Below are positions 57,787 to 64,000 of a stretch of DNA of 64,000 bases, piece after piece. Below the pieces are notes generated by a model that was not told the DNA's origin, did not search any database, and saw only the letters and a program-made list of their open reading frames with translations. How positions within the stretch are numbered: the first letter of the stretch is position 1; every line of letters starts with the position of its first letter. Source of the stretch: Gemmatimonadota bacterium (GTDB lineage: Bacteria; Gemmatimonadota; Gemmatimonadetes; Gemmatimonadales; Gemmatimonadaceae); assembly GCA_040389905.1 (NCBI GenBank), contig JAZJZK010000023.1:160407-224406 (forward strand). Reading direction: 5' to 3'. The translations under genes were made by a program, and so were the position numbers.

Positions 57787-58314
57787 ATGCCCCCAAAGGC
57801 GACGGAAGAGCTCGTTCGACACATCTATCGGGAGACCCTCGACGATTTCTATGGCGTCGTGTCTCGCCGGTGCGATGGCGATCGCGACCTCGCCGAGGAC
57901 GTCGTGCAGGAAACATGGCTTCGCGCATTTCGCGCGTGGCGTCACGACGGCGTACCCGACAAGCCCATGGCATGGCTCACGACGGTCGCGTCGCGAATCC
58001 TCGCGAGCCATTTCAGACGCCAGACTGCGGACCGCCTCGACGATGGCAGCGGCGACGCGATTCTCGCGCCTGACGCAGAAGTCGCGCGAGACTCGTTCGA
58101 GAAAAGATCGCTGGTCGAGCGTGCGATCGCGCGCCTGCCCGTTCTCCAGAAGCAACTCATCGAGGCGTTCCACTTCGATCGGCGACCCGTCGCTGACATC
58201 GCCGGCTCGGTCGGACTATCGGAGCGAGCGGTCGAGGGGCGGTTACGCCGAGCCAGACAGAACCTGCGTCGCGAGATCGAAAACGACGCGTCCACTGACG
58301 GAGACCCATCATGA
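57787..58314 (+). CDS. ECF RNA polymerase sigma factor
   Basis: AEDVVQETWLRA, AWLTTVA, VADIAGSVGLSERAVEGRLRRARQNLR. Confidence 0.92.
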   Translation: MPPKATEELVRHIYRETLDDFYGVVSRRCDGDRDLAEDVVQETWLRAFRAWRHDGVPDKPMAWLTTVASRILASHFRRQTADRLDDGSGDAILAPDAEVARDSFEKRSLVERAIARLPVLQKQLIEAFHFDRRPVADIAGSVGLSERAVEGRLRRARQNLRREIENDASTDGDPS

Positions 58315-59228
58315 GCCACGACGTCGCACGTATCGAAGAGCACCGCCCCACCGAGGCATTTCGCGATTTCCTGGATGGACAACTCAGCCGCGCGTTTCGG
58401 CAGGATCGCACGGTTCGTCGGCTGCGGTTCGCTGCGGTCGTCGTTGTATCACTTGCCCTGGGAACGACGGGTGGACTTGCGTCCGCACAGATCAAGGAGG
58501 GATCTCAGCGCGATTCCCTGCTCGAGGCAGCGCGTGCCGATGCGGCGCTGGTGTCGCTCCGACTGAAGCTGGTGCGCATGGAATTCGACGAACAGCGCCG
58601 CGCGCTCCTCGTCGGTGCCGCGTCGACGGAATCGGTAACGGGCACGGAGGCCCGACTGCGAGAGATGGAAGGGCTCCAGGCTCGCGCAGCGTTGAACATG
58701 GAAGAAATCAAGGCGTCGGCGACAGCGCCGCGCGACGAACTCAACGCGCCGCTTGTGAAGGGCCGTGACTACGTGACGGAACGGATTCAGCTGCGGCTGA
58801 TGTCGGCGCAGCAACAGCTCGAAGGCGTGGAATCCGCCCTTCAGCAAGTGATTCGCCGCGTGAGGGCCGGCGTGGGCGACGACCTCGCGAATCTGGAAGC
58901 CGAGCAGCGCGTCGCGCAGGCACGGCGCGAGATGATCGTGCTCGCCGAGCGATTGGCGCTGCGCAAGGAATTTCTCGAGAAGGGCACGCCCGTCGATCAG
59001 CTGACGCGCCGGCTGGAACGGGCTGAACTCCGGCAGGATGTCGTCATTGGGCAGCGTGCCGTCGAACTCGCACGTGAGCGGGCGCTGCTGCTTGAAAAGC
59101 GCCGAGCCGTCGGCGTTGCCAGCGAGCTGGACGTGATGAAGGCGCAGGTGGAGGCGAAAGAACGCGAGCTCGAACTACAGCAACTGGTGCGGCGGCTCGG
59201 CGACACGAAGCGGCCGGGGCTCGAGTGA
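58311..59228 (+). CDS. putative anti-sigma-like membrane protein with a long coiled-coil C-terminus
   Basis: short N-terminal domain, one TM (FAAVVVVSLALG), Glu/Arg/Leu heptads; ATGA coupling to the sigma gene. Confidence 0.7.
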   Translation: MSHDVARIEEHRPTEAFRDFLDGQLSRAFRQDRTVRRLRFAAVVVVSLALGTTGGLASAQIKEGSQRDSLLEAARADAALVSLRLKLVRMEFDEQRRALLVGAASTESVTGTEARLREMEGLQARAALNMEEIKASATAPRDELNAPLVKGRDYVTERIQLRLMSAQQQLEGVESALQQVIRRVRAGVGDDLANLEAEQRVAQARREMIVLAERLALRKEFLEKGTPVDQLTRRLERAELRQDVVIGQRAVELARERALLLEKRRAVGVASELDVMKAQVEAKERELELQQLVRRLGDTKRPGLE

Positions 59229-59244
59229 CGATACGAGGGCGACG

Positions 59245-59913
59245 TCAGTCGGGGAGCTGCCGGTCGGCGAGTCGCTCGCCGATTTCCTCCATCTGTCTGC
59301 GGCGAAGACGTGCCCAACCGGGGAGGCGCAGTGCCCCGATGGCAAACACGCCTGCGCCGATCACCCCGAGCTGTGCCACGGTCGAGGTACCCGCGCTTCC
59401 GCCGAGGGCGGCCGCGATTGCGGTCGCCGCAGCGAGACCAATCATCCCGATCCCCCCCATCATCCAGGCTTGCGCGTCAGCCTTGAACGTGCGGAAGCGA
59501 ACCCGCTGCCCCGTCCCGGTGGGCTCTACGAGAACTTGCAGGTTGCCGTTGGTCCACTGACGGAATGATCCTTCGTGCGTCAGACGGCCCTTGGCATCGA
59601 ACGTCTCGCGAAGGTCTATGACAAGACGCTCCCACTCTTCGTCGGAGAGTTTGCGGTCGAGTTCGACCGTTCGCCCCACACCAACCGGAAGGCCGAGGAA
59701 GGTGCGCGATGTTGCCTGGGCCGGCCTGTCGAGCGCACTGGCCGCGCGTGCGAGCAATGAAGGGTCGATGCCCACCTCACGGCCGATCGCCTGCAACTCC
59801 GCCAGTGTCATCCCATCGCTCGACGCCAGCTTTCGCGGGCCGCTTCGCTGAGCCTCAGTGGCGTGTGCGAACATCGCCTCGACTTCGTCTTCGTTGAATC
59901 GTCGTTCGGTCAT
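59245..59913 (-). CDS. hypothetical membrane protein
   Basis: MTERRFNEDEV...MTLAELQAIGREVGIDP; two C-terminal TM helices. Confidence 0.78.
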   Translation of the reverse strand: MTERRFNEDEVEAMFAHATEAQRSGPRKLASSDGMTLAELQAIGREVGIDPSLLARAASALDRPAQATSRTFLGLPVGVGRTVELDRKLSDEEWERLVIDLRETFDAKGRLTHEGSFRQWTNGNLQVLVEPTGTGQRVRFRTFKADAQAWMMGGIGMIGLAAATAIAAALGGSAGTSTVAQLGVIGAGVFAIGALRLPGWARLRRRQMEEIGERLADRQLPD

Positions 59914-59921
59914 TGGGATGC

Positions 59922-61220
59922 TCACTTCGCCTTCGTCAGGTCGCCGGGAATCCCCGGCGACGACAGCAGCGCGCCGAATGCACGCCACTGCTCATCATGG
60001 GTATTGCCACCGGCGCGGACGACCCAGTCCGTCACCATGTCGCGGCCGTAGTTGTAGTTGATCACATACGAGCGATACGTGTCGATGAAGCGCAGCGTCT
60101 TCGCTGCTGCCTCGGGCGTGGAAAGCCAATACCGCTGCATTGCCGCCTCTGCGGCCGCGCGATCGAGCTCGCCGTTGAGATAGCGGCGTGCGACTTCATT
60201 TCGCGCATAGTTCAGCTTCTCGAAGATGACGCGAACGTCGGCGTTGCGCTGTGCGAGCGACGTGTCGAGCTTCGCCAATGGAAAGAGCACGTCGCGTTCG
60301 AACGCTGTTCGCTCCGCGCCAGGAAACGCCATGTCGATGCCCGCGTTGCCGCTGCCTTCCGCGATCAGCGACTGTGGGCTGAACAGCGGATACACGGAAT
60401 ACTCGACCCAGCCACGATCGTGGACGAGGGTCTTCTCGATGAGCGCGTTGTACACGTGGTGGCCCGGATAGCCTTCGTGGCACGCTAGGTCCACGGCGCG
60501 TTCCACGGGGATCGGGAAGTCGAGATTCACCTGGATGAGACTCTTGTATCCGCCCTTGTACCAGTTGTACGCATTCCAGGATGTCCCCTTCACGTACTCG
60601 AGATCGAAGCGCTCTTCCGCGGGCAGCGTGATGTGCTTCTTCGTGCGCTCGCGACAGGCCGCAATCGCCGTCTTGAAGACCGTGTCGACGAGCGCCTTCG
60701 GGATCATCACCCGCGTGTGAAACGCGTCGTAGCGCTGCGCCAGTGTCCCCTTGCCCGGGAGGAGCAACTCGAGTTTCGCGAGCAGGGAATCGAAGTGTGC
60801 GTCCGCATAGTGCGGCGGTGTAGCGCCATACAGCGCGCGCGCTTCATCGTCGAACAAAAGCTTCTCACCGCCGACGATGCGCGCGCGCGCGGAGAGCGAG
60901 GACAACTGGCTCCGTAGATACCGGTGACGGTTGCGCACCATCGAATCCGCGTACGCCGGTGTGCTGTCGCCGAGCGACGCGAGGAGTGAGTCGGCGATGG
61001 CGCGGATGCGCGGCACGCTGAGCGACTCGGCCTGCGCCGCCGTCTTGAGCGAGTCAGGACCGTAGTACGCGTCGACGTAGTTGGCGTCGTGGCGGCCGAA
61101 TTGAAGCGCGAGCACGACGTATCGCTTGGCGATGACGTCGAGCGCTCCCGCGTCGGGCGTCCTGGGGGCACACGCGATCGCTGTGCAGAGTGCGAACAAA
61201 AAGGCGGACCGGCGCGTCAT
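59922..61220 (-). CDS. DUF885-related lipoprotein with a zincin-like motif
   Basis: lipobox AIAC; CHEGYPGHH; LIAEGSG. Confidence 0.8.
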   Translation of the reverse strand: MTRRSAFLFALCTAIACAPRTPDAGALDVIAKRYVVLALQFGRHDANYVDAYYGPDSLKTAAQAESLSVPRIRAIADSLLASLGDSTPAYADSMVRNRHRYLRSQLSSLSARARIVGGEKLLFDDEARALYGATPPHYADAHFDSLLAKLELLLPGKGTLAQRYDAFHTRVMIPKALVDTVFKTAIAACRERTKKHITLPAEERFDLEYVKGTSWNAYNWYKGGYKSLIQVNLDFPIPVERAVDLACHEGYPGHHVYNALIEKTLVHDRGWVEYSVYPLFSPQSLIAEGSGNAGIDMAFPGAERTAFERDVLFPLAKLDTSLAQRNADVRVIFEKLNYARNEVARRYLNGELDRAAAEAAMQRYWLSTPEAAAKTLRFIDTYRSYVINYNYGRDMVTDWVVRAGGNTHDEQWRAFGALLSSPGIPGDLTKAK

Positions 61221-61322
61221 GTGAATCGGTGTGAAGTGGACGGTGCGAGCCACCAACAAAAGATACATCTATCGCTGGATGGTGCTGCGACTTCGCTCTT
61301 CATTTTCGATCACTACGCATCC

Positions 61323-63032
61323 ATGCCGCGACTGTTTCCGGTCCTTTCATTCACCTGCGCGCTTGCCCTGTCGGGCACAGTCGCGGGAGCGCAGTCTGCG
61401 GTCATCGTGCGCGCGGCCGCGGATTCCTTTGTAGCACTCTCGCAGAGCCAGGTCTCGCGCGGGCCGTGGCCGGACCTCACGGATGCCACGCGCCAATCCG
61501 GCGCGACGCGCGTGGACTGGATTGCCGCGCAACTCGCCGCCGTCCGGCGCTCCGAGCTTTCGAATACCACGGACCAGCTTCTGTTCGACAACCTTTCCGA
61601 GGTTATCGACGCCCAAAAGGCTACGCGCGTGTGCCGGAATCACCTCTGGACAGGAACGAGCACATTCTCAGGCTGGCACATCACTGCATCGAACTCGGCA
61701 CGCACCCAGCCGGTGGGATCTGACTCGGCGAGAGCACGCGCGCTGAGAAGCTTCGCGCGGATTCCAGAGGCCATTCGCGACGAGCGGGCGCTGCTTCAAC
61801 GTGGCCTCGACTCCGGCTACACTGCGTCGCAGGACGTCATTGCCGCCGTCGTTCGCCAACTGGACGACCTCCTGACGAACGACGTCGAGAAGTCACCACT
61901 CTACGAACCAGCGCGGCGAGATTCCTCCCCCGAGTTCCGGCGTCAATGGATTGCCCAACTGACCGACGTCATTTATCCGGCGGCCCGGAACTACCGCACG
62001 TTCCTCTCGATGCAATACTTACCACGCGCGCGCCCCGAAGGGTCGATGTCGCGCCAGCGCGATGGCGTCGCGTGTTATGCTGCCAGTCTGCGGGCCCAGA
62101 CGTCCGTTCGAGCGGACGTCGACTCGATGATGCGTGAGGCGCGCCGCGAGTACGACGTCATTGCCGCACAGCTGACGCCCCTCGTGGCGGCGTTGACCGG
62201 CGCGCGCGAACTCGGCGACGGCATTGCCATGCTTCGGAGCGATCCACGCTTCACGTTTTCATCGCGCGACTCGATTCTGCCGGCGTATCGGGCGATGACC
62301 GCCCTGGCAGCGAGCCGGATTGGACGCGTCGTGGCAGGCTTCGCGCCAGAATCCATCGTCGTCGCACCTTACCCCGCCTTCCAGGAGAACGCCGGCTTGC
62401 CGCCGCAGTACCAGCGAGCCTCGAACGACGGAAGCCGGCCGGCGCAGTTCATGGTGAATCTGTCGCGTACGGAGCGGATGTCTGTCGCCGACGCCGTCGC
62501 CCACGAAGCGTATCCGGGTCACCACCTGCAGCGTATCGCGGAGAACCGCGCGGAACTGGCGCATCCGGCAATGCGGTCGCTGTTCATCGGGGGTTTCATC
62601 GAGGGATGGGGGATCTACTCGGAGACTCTGGGTGACGAGATGGGACTCTACTCCACGCCACTGCTTCGGGCAGGGTATCTCGTGCACCTGCTCGATGTGA
62701 CGATGGGATACTATCTCGACATTGGCTACCACGTGAAGGGATGGACGCGCAAGGATCTCGTGGACAGCATGGTCGTGCTTGGCGGGCGGCCAGTGCGGAT
62801 GGCGGAGGCGTACGCTGACCGCCACGCGGCGACGCCGGGGCAGCTGGCGACGTACTACGCAGGCTATCGGGCGATTCGGGCAGGGCGTCAAGATGCTGAG
62901 GCTCGGCTCGGGTCGAGGTTTCGTATGCCCGAGTTTCATCGTGAGGTACTCAGGCACGGAACCATCACGCTGGCATCGTTGCGGAGGCAGATCGACGCGT
63001 GGATTGCCGCGGAGTTGAAGGGATCTGCATGA
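61323..63032 (+). CDS. DUF885 family protein
   Basis: signal peptide; AHEAYPGHHLQ, FIEGWGIYSE, PGQLATYY. Confidence 0.88.
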   Translation: MPRLFPVLSFTCALALSGTVAGAQSAVIVRAAADSFVALSQSQVSRGPWPDLTDATRQSGATRVDWIAAQLAAVRRSELSNTTDQLLFDNLSEVIDAQKATRVCRNHLWTGTSTFSGWHITASNSARTQPVGSDSARARALRSFARIPEAIRDERALLQRGLDSGYTASQDVIAAVVRQLDDLLTNDVEKSPLYEPARRDSSPEFRRQWIAQLTDVIYPAARNYRTFLSMQYLPRARPEGSMSRQRDGVACYAASLRAQTSVRADVDSMMREARREYDVIAAQLTPLVAALTGARELGDGIAMLRSDPRFTFSSRDSILPAYRAMTALAASRIGRVVAGFAPESIVVAPYPAFQENAGLPPQYQRASNDGSRPAQFMVNLSRTERMSVADAVAHEAYPGHHLQRIAENRAELAHPAMRSLFIGGFIEGWGIYSETLGDEMGLYSTPLLRAGYLVHLLDVTMGYYLDIGYHVKGWTRKDLVDSMVVLGGRPVRMAEAYADRHAATPGQLATYYAGYRAIRAGRQDAEARLGSRFRMPEFHREVLRHGTITLASLRRQIDAWIAAELKGSA

Positions 63033-63037
63033 CTGGT

Positions 63038-63100
63038 GTACCATTTTTCAACGACTCCGACCCCATACCGTACCATTTTCAACGACTCCGACCCCGTACC
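63038..63100. repeat. tandem direct repeat of two 31-32 bp units
   Basis: GTACCATTTTTCAACGACTCCGACCCCATACC followed by GTACCATTTTCAACGACTCCGACCCCGTACC. Confidence 0.9.
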
Positions 63101-63210
63101 ATCGTTTTGTCGTCCTGAGTTCCTGTCACATCCGAGGCCGGCGGGGTCGCACCACGGGAGTGACCCGCAACGGATAACAATTGCCCTGCTCGGCGCGCTA
63201 ACTTGGCAGG

Positions 63211-64000
63211 GTGACCTCGCCCCCGAGTTCCCTCGTTAGAATCGGCACCCGTTCGTCCGAGCTCGCGCTCCGCCAAGCTCGTCTCGTTCAGTCTGCGCTC
63301 GAGTCGCGCGGCGTCGCAAGCGAGCTGGTCACCTTCAAGACCGTCGGCGACAAGCGGCTCGATGTGCCCCTCACGACGATCGGTGCCAAGGGTCTCTTCA
63401 CCAAGGAGCTCGAGACCGCGCTCCTCAAAAAGAAGATCGACTTTGCCGTTCATTCGCTGAAGGATCTGCCCACGGAATCACCAGAGGGTGTCGTCGTCGC
63501 CGCGGTGCTGCCGCGCGAGGATCCACGCGACGTCCTCGTGATCAACCAACGCATTCGTGGCGAGTCACTCGATGACCTTCCTCGCGGATCTCGCGTCGGG
63601 ACGTCGAGCTTGCGCCGCCGGGCGCAGTTGCTGGCGACGCGGCCCGATCTCGAAGTGGCCGAGCTGCGCGGCAACGTACCAACGCGCCTCAAGAAGGTCG
63701 ACGAGGGCCGCGTGCACGCCGCCATTCTCGCCGCTGCGGGTCTTCACCGGCTCGGGGCACATCAGCACATCACGTGTTATCTCGATGCACCTGCATGGCT
63801 TCCCGCGGCGGGGCAGGGCGCCATCGCGATTCAGACGCGTGCCGGCGACGACGTGGTCCGCGGGATCGCCGCATCGATGAACGATGCAGCAACAATGCAC
63901 GCAGTCATGGCGGAACGTGCATTTCTGGCCGCGCTGGAAGGCGGTTGTCAGGTACCCATCGGCGCGCTTGCAATGGGAACCGCCGAGGATGCGATGTTGC
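63211..64000 (+). CDS. hemC: hydroxymethylbilane synthase (3' end outside the window)
   Basis: RIGTRSSELALRQ, KGLFTKELE, AVHSLKDLP, GTSSLRR, LRGNVPTR, PAAGQGA, LEGGCQVPIGA. Confidence 0.96.
   Translation, partial: MTSPPSSLVRIGTRSSELALRQARLVQSALESRGVASELVTFKTVGDKRLDVPLTTIGAKGLFTKELETALLKKKIDFAVHSLKDLPTESPEGVVVAAVLPREDPRDVLVINQRIRGESLDDLPRGSRVGTSSLRRRAQLLATRPDLEVAELRGNVPTRLKKVDEGRVHAAILAAAGLHRLGAHQHITCYLDAPAWLPAAGQGAIAIQTRAGDDVVRGIAASMNDAATMHAVMAERAFLAALEGGCQVPIGALAMGTAEDAML

Noticed and set aside
57728..58768. 346-aa Arg/Ser-rich ORF
   Set aside because: Alternative-frame overlap of the ECF sigma factor and its partner
1..64000. tRNA, rRNA, riboswitch, integrase or IS transposase
   Set aside because: None recognisable by eye; a tRNAscan/Infernal run would be needed to exclude small RNAs formally

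Overview
GC-rich bacterial chromosomal window. Gene content (futalosine-pathway mqnB/mqnD, ccmABC(D), DsbA-VKOR, many secreted peptidases) suggests Gemmatimonadota; this is an inference, not verified. There are about 65 CDS and most are housekeeping or peptide-scavenging genes: psuG, M16/M28/M14 peptidases, dctA, sodC, acs, an MFS transporter, trmL and hemC. Two type II PIN toxin-antitoxin pairs and an aromatic/lactone catabolism region (39-50 kb) are also present. I found no rRNA, tRNA, CRISPR-cas, integrase or transposase. The most unusual features: (1) an orphan two-gene operon at 21990-27457 between acs and the MFS gene, encoding a 1215-aa protein (apparently circularly permuted CHRD-like module, hydrophobic helical bundle, C-terminal NHL-like propeller) coupled to a 606-aa pentapeptide-repeat protein; (2) a decayed patch at 33.8-35.3 kb with a frameshifted paralog, a zinc-ribbon relic, a 9 x 22-bp phased array with core GTCCAGTGAAC and a candidate structured RNA; (3) a dense modular system of intergenic long imperfect inverted repeats from several families, some carrying a REP-like hairpin in the loop; (4) two apparent pseudo-enzymes (an AdoMetDC-like protein without the pyruvoyl Ser, and an alpha/beta hydrolase with Arg at the catalytic His); (5) an acyl-CoA ligase that probably starts at CTG. 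All product calls come from motif recognition by eye, without database searches.
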